Source: a virus (Duplodnaviria > Caudoviricetes). Taken from it: a DNA stretch of 55,948 nucleotides. The notes below the pieces were generated by a model that ran no database searches, was not told the DNA's origin, and saw nothing but the letters and a program-made list of their open reading frames with translations. Below, one piece after another: positions 9,422 through 19,115 of the stretch. The stretch lies in the IMG/VR virus record IMGVR_UViG_3300017991_000130, positions 1 to 55,948 of that record; one strand, written 5' to 3'. The translations under genes and the position numbers were made by a program. Position 1 is the stretch's first letter; each line of letters starts with the position of its first letter.

Positions 9422-10120
9422 TTAAGGCGTCTTGTTCCCGCGAGTGGCGGCGGCGAACAAACAAGTGCTGCTGGTTGCACGCCGGTCTTGGACCGAAACG
9501 ACGGAGAATCCTTCATACAGCAGTTCGCGAAACTCGGCGCGATCGTACATTACGACCACCGTCTCTGGGCTCGGCTGACCATGACCCTTTTCGGGCACCT
9601 CTCGCCAGTGCTTGTAGGGCGGCTTCAATTTCGGGTAGGCTTCCCGATCAAGTACGGTCGCCAGAAACAGGCCCTTGCCGTTCGGAGCAGTCATCGCCGC
9701 GCAGTTGCGGACTGCCCGGTCGGGCCGCCACTTTAAGTGCGGGAGCACCTGAGACATCAATACCAGTTCAAAAGGCTCGCCGGGCAGGGGGGCATCGCAT
9801 ACGTCATACCGCACGTAGACCGGACGATGGCCAGTAAGTCTTTCGATCGCGCTCAGGGTCTCGTCGGTGATGTAGTGCCCCAGCGGCACGAGGTCCGCCA
9901 GCGTCACCTCCCAGCCGCGGCACGCGAGCCAGGCGGCCATCGTGCCCCAGCCCGGACCGATGTCTAGTGCTCGGCCGGACTTGAAATCGCTGAGAAGCTC
10001 ACACAAGACCGGCAGATAGTCCGCCTCCATCGCCCGGTAGCGGCGTTGGTAGTAATCGCTGGGGCAGATGGCGGCGATCTGTGCCTGCGCCTCCGCTAGT
10101 GCCAGGGTGTGTCTTTCCAT
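9422..10120 (-). CDS. Class I SAM-dependent methyltransferase
   Basis: ALDIGPGWG motif I and FELVLMSQVLPHL; GGAGAGG SD before MERHTL. Confidence 0.85.
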   Translation of the reverse strand: MERHTLALAEAQAQIAAICPSDYYQRRYRAMEADYLPVLCELLSDFKSGRALDIGPGWGTMAAWLACRGWEVTLADLVPLGHYITDETLSAIERLTGHRPVYVRYDVCDAPLPGEPFELVLMSQVLPHLKWRPDRAVRNCAAMTAPNGKGLFLATVLDREAYPKLKPPYKHWREVPEKGHGQPSPETVVVMYDRAEFRELLYEGFSVVSVQDRRATSSTCLFAAATRGNKTP

Positions 10121-10159
10121 GGCGTCGTCCTCTCCTACTGCCACACCGTAGCCGGCGTT

Positions 10160-10516
10160 TTACGTGCCGGTGGCGGCTGTCTGGGCACCCACGACCGTCC
10201 ACAGCGGGCTGACCTTGATGTTGGTGTTGATGTAGAGGACGCCGTTGGTGGTGTCCTGGTACAAGCACCCCGTTGCCGCCACGCCGGCACCGGTGCCCGA
10301 CGCGCCGTCGGTCGGCGCCCCCTCGCCGGAGAGGCTGAGCACGCCGGGCGTGATGTCGCGCCCCGCACCGTCCCGCCACACGCTGCCGGCGTTGTCGCGG
10401 AAGATGGGGATGTCGAGCGTGGTGTCGAAGAAGCAGAAGCCGTCGGGGGCGTTTTGAGGGCGGGCCGTAGAAGGCCCTGACTGGTCGCAACCGTGAAGGA
10501 CGGTGATAGTTGCCAT
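10160..10516 (-). CDS. Hypothetical virion-associated protein (118 aa)
   Basis: Start MATITVLHG after GGGAG; GEGAPT...GCLYQDTTNGVLYIN resembles small fibre/decoration modules. Confidence 0.55.
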   Translation of the reverse strand: MATITVLHGCDQSGPSTARPQNAPDGFCFFDTTLDIPIFRDNAGSVWRDGAGRDITPGVLSLSGEGAPTDGASGTGAGVAATGCLYQDTTNGVLYINTNIKVSPLWTVVGAQTAATGT

Positions 10517-10558
10517 CGATGTTCTCCCATTGTGCGGAAAGTCGATACTCGAAAGCGG

Positions 10559-10567
10559 ATTGTAACA
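10559..10567 (-). promoter_or_regulatory. Possible extended -10 promoter upstream of the glycan-modification cluster
   Basis: Minus strand TGTTACAAT in the only sizeable intergenic gap, about 43 nt upstream of the 10516 start. Confidence 0.4.
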
Positions 10568-10601
10568 GGGCCCGCGCGGCGGGCCGGGTTTTGCTGGCCA
10601 G

Positions 10602-12245
10602 TTAGGTCCACGAGGGCGGGATCTCGTCCCCGTCACCCGTAACGGGCAAGAGCAGGTCTTTGTCGGCCATGTTGAAGACGCGGTTGTACCACTCCTGGAT
10701 CGATCCGGCCCGATCGTTGGAGGCCGCCAGATCCCACGTATCGTCGGCCCCTGGAGGAGTCCTGCCTGCGAAGACCGCCACGTAAGGCCCGCCGGCGTAG
10801 AGCCGCCTCGCCTCGGCGATGGCCACGTCGTCGAAAAAGACCGAGCACGTGTTATCGACGGCCACCGAAATGCGGATCCGCAGGTAAACCGGCAGCAACT
10901 GGCCGGCCGGCAGCCGGAATGAAAACCACTCGCTGTCGTGGTCCGAGTCGCTGATGTCGGCGGCCGTCAGGACCAGCTCCGCCGCGTTGCCCGCCTCGTC
11001 CTGGACGACCGATCCGTCAATGCCATCGACGATCTCGACCCGCACCTCCCCGGCGGCCGTGGCCCCTACGCGTTTCACTCGCAGGTGCGTGAAGTAGACG
11101 GTCTCGTCCGAGATCGCCAGCGCGTGGTAGACGGCCGTCAGCTCCGAACCGTTGCTGTCGAATTCTAAGGCCCGGCCGCGGTAGACACCGTCCGAGCCCG
11201 CCACCGTCGTGGCATGGGCAATCGTCGGCGAGGACCCACCCGTAAGGTGATTGACGCTGGTAAGCTGGTCCGGATTGCCGGGAACGTTCTCGAAGACCAC
11301 CGTGTGCGTGTAATCCGGACTTGTGCCGGTGCTCGAAACAGTGACCAGCTCCAGGCCGGGGATGGCCCGCAGGGCGGCCTGGACGGTGGCGGCCGCGGCG
11401 TTGTAGGCAATTGCCTCGGTCGAATGGTTGGTTGACGCCAGGTCGGTCCACTGGAGCAGGTAGCTGCCGCCGGTGGGCGTGCCGGAGATGGTGACGGTCT
11501 GTTCCTCCGGACCGGTGACCTTGAGCGTGGTGCCCACCGTGCCCACGTCGACGATCCAGTCGTCAGGCACGTTCTCGATCGTCTCATCCTCGAAATCGCC
11601 GTTCGAGAGAAGCGAGCTGGTGGCGGCCGTGGTCGTGGGCAGCACGTTTATGCCCGAACCGCCCGGCCAGTCGTGGGCCAGGCGGCTCGACTTGGCGGCC
11701 GGCGAGCGGAAGCGGAGCCTTTGGGCCGTGGTCGAGTAGACGGTGACTGTGATCGTCTCGTCATAGATGTTCTGGTTCACCAGGCCGTCGTCGCGGCACT
11801 CGGTGTAGGCGATGGCCAGGTCGCCGCTGTTGTCGCCGTCCGGCGTGAGTTCCAGCGTGATGGTGTTGCCGGCCACGTAATCGCCGTCGGCGATCATCTG
11901 GTCGATCAGGTACTGGAGCGAATACACCAGCGTGCTCTCCGGCTGCTCGGCGTCGGCATCCACCACCTGAATCAAGAACTGCTCCAGGTTGGTGCGAACG
12001 CGGCCCGAGAGCGTGCCGCCGGCGAGCTGCCAGGTGGAGACGGCCGCAGGCAGGCCCTCCATCGACTCCCACACGTCCAGTTCATAGGCGTCCGCGCGAA
12101 GCTGGTACTGCTCCAAAAAGTCTTCTATCGCGTCCGGCACGGTGGTCTCGATGGCCGTCAAAAGCGTCTCCAGGGCCCCGAACGCCTTGCCCTGCACGTC
12201 GAACAGGCCGTCGCCGTTTACAGCGTCGTGAAGCTCAATGGTCAC
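10602..12245 (-). CDS. Minor tail protein with a carbohydrate-binding-like module
   Basis: LLSNGDFED...PDDW (CBM4/9-like start) and the EQTVTISGTPTGGSY...IAYNAAAATVQAAL module common in phage tail proteins. Confidence 0.65.
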   Translation of the reverse strand: MTIELHDAVNGDGLFDVQGKAFGALETLLTAIETTVPDAIEDFLEQYQLRADAYELDVWESMEGLPAAVSTWQLAGGTLSGRVRTNLEQFLIQVVDADAEQPESTLVYSLQYLIDQMIADGDYVAGNTITLELTPDGDNSGDLAIAYTECRDDGLVNQNIYDETITVTVYSTTAQRLRFRSPAAKSSRLAHDWPGGSGINVLPTTTAATSSLLSNGDFEDETIENVPDDWIVDVGTVGTTLKVTGPEEQTVTISGTPTGGSYLLQWTDLASTNHSTEAIAYNAAAATVQAALRAIPGLELVTVSSTGTSPDYTHTVVFENVPGNPDQLTSVNHLTGGSSPTIAHATTVAGSDGVYRGRALEFDSNGSELTAVYHALAISDETVYFTHLRVKRVGATAAGEVRVEIVDGIDGSVVQDEAGNAAELVLTAADISDSDHDSEWFSFRLPAGQLLPVYLRIRISVAVDNTCSVFFDDVAIAEARRLYAGGPYVAVFAGRTPPGADDTWDLAASNDRAGSIQEWYNRVFNMADKDLLLPVTGDGDEIPPSWT

Positions 12246-14122
12246 GGTTCCATGTCCTCATTGGCATATGCCTGGTCGGGATCGAACTGGACTTCGGGGT
12301 CCGTTCGCCCGTACTTGGTGTGCGGCATCACGCCCACCCGGAACTGTTCGTCTTGCTTCGGCGGCCGGTTCAAGGCGTAGACGTAGTGGGCCGTGAGCCG
12401 GTAGAGTCGCGTCACGCCGTCGGCCGTGAGGCTCGGCGGGTGGGCCTCGATCCAGTGCCGCAGGAGTGTGCCGTGCAGATCGACATCGTCGTAATCGTCG
12501 AGCGGGCGGACGATTTCGGGCCAGATCCCGGCCCGCTCCACGTCTATGTCGATCTGCCGGCGGCACTGGGGGGCCCCCACGCGAAAGACCCGGCAGGTGT
12601 CGTCGGAATCACTCGCCGGCACGGCGGCCAACGGCAATTGCACCCGCAGTTGATTGAACAGGTACCGGCTCGACATGCGAACGAAGGTGTAGATTGAGGT
12701 CTTGGCCGAGTCGCTCCACTCGTCGCCCGGCGAGTACGGCAGCGTGCCCCCAGGAGATTCGGTGACTTCTGGGTAGTAGCGGTTGCCGGCCTCGCTCTCT
12801 TCCGTCTCGCCCGGATATTGGGCCTCCGCCTTGGCGATGCCGTGCTGGTCGATGCACGGCTGCTGGAGGTAGCACTGAAGGAGCATCAGAACCGTGGGCC
12901 GCCGCTCGCCGCCCGGATCCGTCTTGCCGGGCGGCGTGTAGCCGTAGATGCTGGTGTGCGGATCGCTCCACTGCGGATCGTAGGGCCACGACTGTTCGGC
13001 CACGTCCGGCAGCTCCAGCGGCTTGCCCATATTCTCCCGCAAGTTGCCGAACAGAATCGCGATGTTCTCGTCCGTATCCTTATAAGGTGTTTCTAAGAAC
13101 CTGACGTGTGCATTGACACGATTGTGCTCGCCGATGAAGTCGGTGTATTCGACGACTTCCGGGAAGTAACGTTTGCGTCCTTCTTCACCGTACATCGCCG
13201 CGAAATTAAGAATCGCGTCAATGATCTGTATCGCACGGCTGAGAAGCAGCTTCTTGTCGGCGTGTGGCGGCCCTTCCAGCTCCACGTGGACCTCGTTCCG
13301 CATGTTCACGCCTTCTTCGGTCGAATGATGATGCTGGACCGACATCTTCGTCGCCGGCCAGGGTGCCGCGGTGTGGACCTGCCGATCGGTTACGTGGTAT
13401 TCGCAGTCCAAGCCCGCCTTGTCCGTCGAGAAGTTGACGGCCGCCCGCCGAAAACCCCGTTCGAGTCCCGGGATCACCAGGTACTTGGCGTCTACGCCCG
13501 TGCTGCCCACGGCTGCCGAGAGGCGCAGCTTGCCGGTGATGTTGCGGGTGATGAAGGCGTTTTCGTCCATCTCTTCAGAAACCGACCAGCGGTTCGAGAG
13601 CACGACCGGCAGCGCACCGGCCGGATAGCCGTCGCTTGTGTATGTCGTGGTGGGACAGATGACCTTTGCGCACTCGATCTCGAAGGCCACCCGCAGGAGC
13701 TTGGCCCCGACGATCTGGAGGATCTGGAACCTGAGCGGTTTGGGCCCGTTGTTCACGTCCCGATCCACGTTGGCCAGCTCTGCCGGCGTGGCTGCGTTGT
13801 CCGGGTCGCCGGGGGCCGGGTCGCAGCGGAAGAGCCATGTCTGCTCGCCGCCGGAATCCGAAACGGAAACGGTCAGCACCTCGCGCGCCTTGAGGATTCG
13901 GGCGTGGACCACGGCGTAGTTGGCCACGGCTGACTCTGACGGACCGGGGCCCGAAACCCAGCCCGGACCCGAATAGTCGGCGTGCAGGATCCCCTCGAAT
14001 CGCAGCCGGAAGGTGTGGAACATGGCGTCGGTGTGGCTCTCGTCGTAGGCCACCTCCTGGCTCCACTCGCGTGTTACCACGTTGTAGAGCACCACGCCGT
14101 TGTAGGTGACGATCGTCGCCAC
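12242..14122 (-). CDS. Putative tail (distal tail/hub) protein
   Basis: 626-aa ORF directly after the tape-measure candidate, with a GGAG SD. Confidence 0.6.
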   Translation of the reverse strand: MATIVTYNGVVLYNVVTREWSQEVAYDESHTDAMFHTFRLRFEGILHADYSGPGWVSGPGPSESAVANYAVVHARILKAREVLTVSVSDSGGEQTWLFRCDPAPGDPDNAATPAELANVDRDVNNGPKPLRFQILQIVGAKLLRVAFEIECAKVICPTTTYTSDGYPAGALPVVLSNRWSVSEEMDENAFITRNITGKLRLSAAVGSTGVDAKYLVIPGLERGFRRAAVNFSTDKAGLDCEYHVTDRQVHTAAPWPATKMSVQHHHSTEEGVNMRNEVHVELEGPPHADKKLLLSRAIQIIDAILNFAAMYGEEGRKRYFPEVVEYTDFIGEHNRVNAHVRFLETPYKDTDENIAILFGNLRENMGKPLELPDVAEQSWPYDPQWSDPHTSIYGYTPPGKTDPGGERRPTVLMLLQCYLQQPCIDQHGIAKAEAQYPGETEESEAGNRYYPEVTESPGGTLPYSPGDEWSDSAKTSIYTFVRMSSRYLFNQLRVQLPLAAVPASDSDDTCRVFRVGAPQCRRQIDIDVERAGIWPEIVRPLDDYDDVDLHGTLLRHWIEAHPPSLTADGVTRLYRLTAHYVYALNRPPKQDEQFRVGVMPHTKYGRTDPEVQFDPDQAYANEDMEP

Positions 14123-14137
14123 GTATTCACACTCCTG

Positions 14138-15676
14138 CTACTCGCGATCTTCGCGCATGAACCGGCCACGGACGGGCTTTTTGTTCTTCGGCTGTCCCCG
14201 GCCGTAAGCGGCCATGGTCTCAAGATGTCTGACGATCGGGAAAGTGTCCTCCTTTTTGCCCAGGCCACCCGCAATCCTGAAGAAGTCGATTATGGCTGCG
14301 AGTTGCCCGTGCATTTTGATGAGGATATTGCCTGCTCGGCCCACAACGGCTAGCCCAGCCATGCCGTAATTCTTCATTGAAGCTACGCCTTCCCTCATCC
14401 ACTGGGTTTCTCTGAGCAGAGCTTGATATTGGGTCCCCAGTACCTCCGCCGAGCCGCTGGTAGCTTGCGCAGTCCGAATGTCCATCAACCGCTTCTGATA
14501 GTCCAACCGCGCGAAGACCGCGGCCATCGTGGCGTTGTAGCGTGCCAGGTGCCGCTGGCCCTCCAGAAGCGAGCCGGTAAGCCGCTGGACCGCGCCGGGG
14601 ATCTTCAGGAAGGCAACTTCGACCGCCGCGGTGGCGACGATGAGCCCTATGACCCATCCGGGAGGGCCGGTGCCTGCTGCGGCGCCTGCCGCGGCCCCTG
14701 CGCCCGCGCCGCCGGCCCCGAGGCGGCCCACGATGCCGGCCAGGCCGGCAGCCCTGGCGCCACCGGCGGCAGCCGCACCGCCGGCCCTGCCTGCGGCCCC
14801 GGCCGCCAGGCGGCTGGCGGTACGCGCGGCTGTTCTGCCCAACGTCCGCTCGACACCGCGGGCGATAGCCCGGCCGGCCTCCGGGCCGAAGAAATGGGCA
14901 GTGAGGTTTCCTACGGTACGGCCCATGCTGCGGGCCACCGCGGCCTCAGCCTCGGCGACGGCCTTTCTGCCGCCGACCGATCCTCGCCGCCGCTGGCGTT
15001 CTTCGCGCCGCTCGCTCTCGCGGACGATGTCCTGCGGCGTCACTTCGTCCTTGAGCGTGGACCGCCGGACATCCTCCTCGCTCAAGAGCTTGCCCGATTT
15101 GGCCAGCCGCTCCATCCGCTCGCCCCAGGAGAGCCCGCGGACCTCCCGGGCGACGGTCCGCTCTCGCCTGTTGGCCTCGGAGACGGCCTCGGTGAGCCGC
15201 TTGACGGCTTCCATGAGCCGCAAGTCGTGCGGCGACTCGGCCGCGCGCCTTTCCGACGGCAGCGGCGGCGGTTCGGGCGGGCCGCCGATGACGGTGCTGG
15301 GCACCAGGCCGCTTGCGCCGGCGGGAACGGCAGGCGGTGATTTGGACGCGATGTGCGGATGGGATTTTGGTCCGGCCACTCCCAGCGCGGCGGCCGCCAT
15401 CTCCAAGAGCTTCTCTCGCGGGACGCGGCTGCCGACTGCGCCCTTGCGGCCCGCCTTCGTGCCCGAGAGGTCGTTGATCAGCTTGCGCAGCTCGGGATCG
15501 GCCAGCGCAAGAATCTCCGGCGGCAAACCAGGTTTGTCGGCTCCCGGACCGCCACGGAGGATCGACGTATAGGCCCGTGCGCTTGAGGGGCCGACGTCGG
15601 TCATCACGCCGCCCCGCTCGGTGACGTGTTCGCGATAAAGGGCCTCCAGGCCCTTGGTGATCTCTTCATAGGCCAT
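14138..15676 (-). CDS. Putative tape measure protein (short, 512 aa)
   Basis: Follows the frameshifted chaperone; Ala/Gly-rich helical region with the hydrophobic segment GPPGWVIGLIVATAAV. Confidence 0.65.
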   Translation of the reverse strand: MAYEEITKGLEALYREHVTERGGVMTDVGPSSARAYTSILRGGPGADKPGLPPEILALADPELRKLINDLSGTKAGRKGAVGSRVPREKLLEMAAAALGVAGPKSHPHIASKSPPAVPAGASGLVPSTVIGGPPEPPPLPSERRAAESPHDLRLMEAVKRLTEAVSEANRRERTVAREVRGLSWGERMERLAKSGKLLSEEDVRRSTLKDEVTPQDIVRESERREERQRRRGSVGGRKAVAEAEAAVARSMGRTVGNLTAHFFGPEAGRAIARGVERTLGRTAARTASRLAAGAAGRAGGAAAAGGARAAGLAGIVGRLGAGGAGAGAAAGAAAGTGPPGWVIGLIVATAAVEVAFLKIPGAVQRLTGSLLEGQRHLARYNATMAAVFARLDYQKRLMDIRTAQATSGSAEVLGTQYQALLRETQWMREGVASMKNYGMAGLAVVGRAGNILIKMHGQLAAIIDFFRIAGGLGKKEDTFPIVRHLETMAAYGRGQPKNKKPVRGRFMREDRE

Positions 15677-15680
15677 GGGC

Positions 15681-16330
15681 TCAACCTCCGTCTATCGGTG
15701 GCGCAGCTGTTTCGACCTGGCTCCGCTGCCACGCCGCCCGGCTCTTGTGGAGGTTGTAGAGGGCCTCGCCTTCTTCCGGCGTCTCGGCCAGCGCGTCGAA
15801 GTAACCGGGCGGAATCTCGCCCGTGGTAGCCGCGCCTACGGCGTCAACGACGGCTCGGAACAGGGCGTAGCCTCGCCGGTGCTCGATTCGTTCGGCGTTG
15901 AAGAGGAGTCCGCAGAAGAGTTCGTAGCTGGGTCTGGGGAGTCCTGGCCAGGCGAGTACCCGTAGGCCGAAAGCTGCCACGGCATCCGCGACGGGTTGGT
16001 ACTTTTTTTTAGCGCAGAGAGGTACTCGTCGAACTGCCGCAGCAGGTCGAGAACCTCCCAGTTCGTCAGGCCGCTGCGGCTGACTTCGTCCCAGGGGCGG
16101 ACGTCGAAGATCTCCGCCAGCGCCGCCAGCACGATGCCGCTTTCCGGCTCGTGCCCTTGGTGCGCCAGCGGCATCATGTCGGCGAAGTTCATCTTCGGAT
16201 GCGAAAGCAGTTTTCGCCAGATCTCCGCCGGATCGCCCCACCGCCAGCGAGCCCCGTCGTGATAGAGGAACAGCGCCCGCCTTCCCAATCGCCGGCGCTC
16301 GCAGAAGCCAAGGATGAATCGCCATAACAT
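15681..16330 (-). CDS. Tail assembly chaperone, -1 frameshifted (GT) form
   Basis: CTA AAA AAA AGT, with the A8 run at 16010-16003; the -1 frame (KKYQPVADAVAAFG...) stays open to 15681, just before the tape measure start. Confidence 0.75.
15836..16330 (-). CDS. Tail assembly chaperone (G form)
   Basis: Between tail tube and tape measure; contains an A8 slippery run followed by a Ser-rich tail. Confidence 0.75.
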   Translation of the reverse strand: MLWRFILGFCERRRLGRRALFLYHDGARWRWGDPAEIWRKLLSHPKMNFADMMPLAHQGHEPESGIVLAALAEIFDVRPWDEVSRSGLTNWEVLDLLRQFDEYLSALKKSTNPSRMPWQLSAYGYSPGQDSPDPATNSSADSSSTPNESSTGEATPCSEPSLTP

Positions 16331-16357
16331 GTATCGTCCTCGTCGCGTCCTTTCGCC

Positions 16358-16846
16358 TTACGTGGCCGTTGCGTTATACAAGACGCCATTGGCGTCCTTG
16401 TGGGCCTCGAATTCCACCACGAACGTCGAATAGCGGGTGCCCTTGTTGATCTCCCACTCGCCGCGGATGAAGCACCGCGGGAAGTTCATTTCTCCGCTGG
16501 TGGGATCGATCAACACGCGAATGGTCTTCGACCCGCCGAACATCAGCGTCCCCGCCGTTCCCGGCTGTCCCTCGGTGCCGGAGGCGAGCCGGGCGCGGAG
16601 CTTGGCGGCTACCGCCTCGTCCCAACTGGTCATCTCCAGCCGGATCCGGGCGATCTCGCCCAGATACTGTATGTCGATGGGCGGGCCCTGGTCGCCGCCG
16701 TTCTCGTCACCGGGAACGTCCAGATAGAATCCCTGGTTGCGGACCTCGGCACCCTGGCGGGTGTAGCCGAGCGTCTCCAGGGCGCCGGCTTCGCCGGTGC
16801 CGGTCTTGATCAGGGCGGGGCCGAATACCTGAACTGAGGCGGCCAT
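16358..16846 (-). CDS. Major tail (tube) protein
   Basis: 162 aa; LGYTRQGAEV motif typical of siphovirus tail tubes; lies just before the chaperone. Confidence 0.7.
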   Translation of the reverse strand: MAASVQVFGPALIKTGTGEAGALETLGYTRQGAEVRNQGFYLDVPGDENGGDQGPPIDIQYLGEIARIRLEMTSWDEAVAAKLRARLASGTEGQPGTAGTLMFGGSKTIRVLIDPTSGEMNFPRCFIRGEWEINKGTRYSTFVVEFEAHKDANGVLYNATAT

Positions 16847-16861
16847 GGGGCGTTCTCCGGG

Positions 16862-17362
16862 TTAGCTCCGCCCCAGCGGCAGACGGCTGCCGCGGGACGG
16901 GTAAAAGCGGGTTCGGTCGATCATCAGATTCATCCGCTGGTAGGTGGCCACCGTGGGGCCGTCCACGTCTGGCAGACTGGCGGCGCGGTTTTCTGCAGCG
17001 CCGCCGAAGATCCGCTCGCCCTTGCGGAGCCGATCCAGATAGTCCTCATAATCCTTGACCTGCTCGGCGATCTCGCTGTACCTGCCCGGCCGGCGACGCA
17101 GAAGGGCGGCCATCGTCAGGCCGCAGATAATCTCCTCCAGCAGGGCGAGGCTGGTGCCGGTCATCGCCGCCAGCGATTCGGGCGTGTAGATGGCGGCCAC
17201 GGTACAGGCCGATTCCAGGCGTCCCTGGGCGGCGGAGAGCAGCTTCGAGAGCTTGGCGTTCTCCTCCAGGTCCTCCGCCTGCTCGCCCGTGTCGGAAACC
17301 AGATCGGCGACGATCGTCTCGTCGTAGAACTGGATCATGCTGGCTGGCGTGGCGATGGGCAC
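16862..17362 (-). CDS. Head-tail adaptor, Mu gp36/DUF1320-like
   Basis: Follows the capsid gene; pattern 'ATPASM...L..A...LES...Y.P...L..I...L...L..RR...LDRLRKGE'. Start codon uncertain. Confidence 0.6.
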   Translation of the reverse strand: MPIATPASMIQFYDETIVADLVSDTGEQAEDLEENAKLSKLLSAAQGRLESACTVAAIYTPESLAAMTGTSLALLEEIICGLTMAALLRRRPGRYSEIAEQVKDYEDYLDRLRKGERIFGGAAENRAASLPDVDGPTVATYQRMNLMIDRTRFYPSRGSRLPLGRS

Positions 17363-17506
17363 GGCGAGAATTCCGCAGTCGGCTACCGGTGTTCGCGATT
17401 CTTCTTCTCTCTTCCGCCGCCTTCTCCAAAGGGCCCCGGGTCGCACGGGGCTGCCGCCATTGCCCGCGCGGCTGCGGGGGACGACAACAGGCCGGGGGGC
17501 TCTGTG

Positions 17507-18550
17507 TTACTGGCAGTTGGTGAACAACACGCCCGAGGCCGGGGCCACAACCTTGGCCGCGATGTTCTCCACCACGCGGCCCAGCGTGCGGCGGTTGTCC
17601 ACGTCGTTCTTGGTTTGGACGGTCATCTCCTCGTAGGCGAAAACGACCACCGTGGAGAAGGACGGCGCGCCGGCCACTCCCTCCAATTCGCCCACACGCG
17701 AGCAGAGACACGCCTTGTCGGTCGGGAAGACGCTGGAGACGGCGCGGGTGGCGCCCTTGCGGCTGGTTACCTTTCGCGTCGATTCGACGAACAGCTCGAT
17801 GCCGTACAGCTCGTTGGGCAGGCCGTAGCGGGTGTTCCGCCCGCCCTGGATCTCGCCCTTGATCATCGCCAGGGCCGCCGGCGAGGCCTTGATGTAATCG
17901 ACGATCTCCTGACAGAGGGCGATCTTGCCGGCCAGGCTGCCGGAGATCACCAGCCGCAGGTCTTCGGTTCGGACCACGTCCAGGGTGTCGTCGGCAATCT
18001 TCTCGGCCGCGGTGATCAGCGACCGCTTGATGTCCTGCCGGGCGGTGGTCGAGAGGGCCCACGTGCCGCTGTTACCGCTGACGGCCGTAACGTCCATCAC
18101 GTGGCTGGCGTCGTAGTTGCCCGTGGTCACCATCTGGTTAACGGCCAGTTGCGTGCGGGCCGTCATCGCCTGGCGGGCCTTGATCGAGCTGTGCTGGGCG
18201 ATGATGTCCCAGGTGGCGTTCTCGACGGTGAGGTTCCCCAGCTTGAAGGGGAACGCCCGGCGGGTGCAACTGAAGGGCTTCCACTCGAAGCTCTCGGTCC
18301 CCTCGTTGCCCTCGGGGGCCGGCTCGCCGTCGTACCAGACGAAGTTGTCGAGATTGGCGTTGAGGATGCGACCCGCCTCCTCGACGGTCATCTCCAGATA
18401 GTAGCCGGCCACCTTCTGGACCGGGATGATCTGGGCGTAGCCGTTGACGGGGAAGTCTTTGACGTTCCGCGCGAAATCGACGACCATCTTGCCCGAGGCT
18501 TCATGGCTCCTCACGAAGACATTGCTCGGGCCGGGAAAAGTAACTGCCAT
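17507..18550 (-). CDS. Major capsid protein
   Basis: 347 aa with a GAGGA SD, following the scaffold and decoration genes; C-terminal KVVAPASGVLFTN is typical of HK97-fold capsids. Confidence 0.8.
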   Translation of the reverse strand: MAVTFPGPSNVFVRSHEASGKMVVDFARNVKDFPVNGYAQIIPVQKVAGYYLEMTVEEAGRILNANLDNFVWYDGEPAPEGNEGTESFEWKPFSCTRRAFPFKLGNLTVENATWDIIAQHSSIKARQAMTARTQLAVNQMVTTGNYDASHVMDVTAVSGNSGTWALSTTARQDIKRSLITAAEKIADDTLDVVRTEDLRLVISGSLAGKIALCQEIVDYIKASPAALAMIKGEIQGGRNTRYGLPNELYGIELFVESTRKVTSRKGATRAVSSVFPTDKACLCSRVGELEGVAGAPSFSTVVVFAYEEMTVQTKNDVDNRRTLGRVVENIAAKVVAPASGVLFTNCQ

Positions 18551-18633
18551 GACTCGAATTCCTCGGGTTCTGTTTTCTGTTGAAAGGGCTCAATCGCCCG
18601 GAAGCTCAAACGGGCGCTGCACCGCAAAGGGGC

Positions 18634-19056
18634 TCAGATTATTGCCGGCCGCTCGCTCCCCAGGAGCACGAAGACGCGGATCTTCTCGCCCGAGCTGCCG
18701 CTTTCCAGGGCAATCGCCCCGTAGCGCTGGAGCGTGGTGCCGGTGGTGGCGATCGGCACGCCCTTGCCGTCGGCGTCGGCCTTGAGCTTGTTGCCGCGGA
18801 CGATCGTGTCGCCGGCTTCCAGGAGGCACTGCTCGCCGTCGCCGTAGAGACCGATGTAGTCGCCCGAAGCGGCGTGTGGGTTGTCGGTCACCAGATCGTT
18901 CAAGGGGGCGTATTTGCCGCCCTCGTAGCTGATGCCGATCAGGGCGTCGTTGGCCGTGGCCTGGAGGCCGCGGTCGTCGTTGCTCGCGTCCATCTGCACG
19001 AAGCGGCTGGGATAGATCGTCCCGCCGGCGACCAGACGCGGGGGTGTATTGGGCAT
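18634..19056 (-). CDS. Capsid cement/decoration protein (DUF2190-like)
   Basis: Gly/Ala-rich 140 aa with AGDTIVRGNKLKADADGKGV and GAIALESGSSGEKIRV. Confidence 0.75.
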   Translation of the reverse strand: MPNTPPRLVAGGTIYPSRFVQMDASNDDRGLQATANDALIGISYEGGKYAPLNDLVTDNPHAASGDYIGLYGDGEQCLLEAGDTIVRGNKLKADADGKGVPIATTGTTLQRYGAIALESGSSGEKIRVFVLLGSERPAII

Positions 19057-19115
19057 CGTTCAAAACCTCGTACTGGTGGTGAAAGTGACTTCGGCTCCGG
19101 CGGAGGCGGCCGCCG

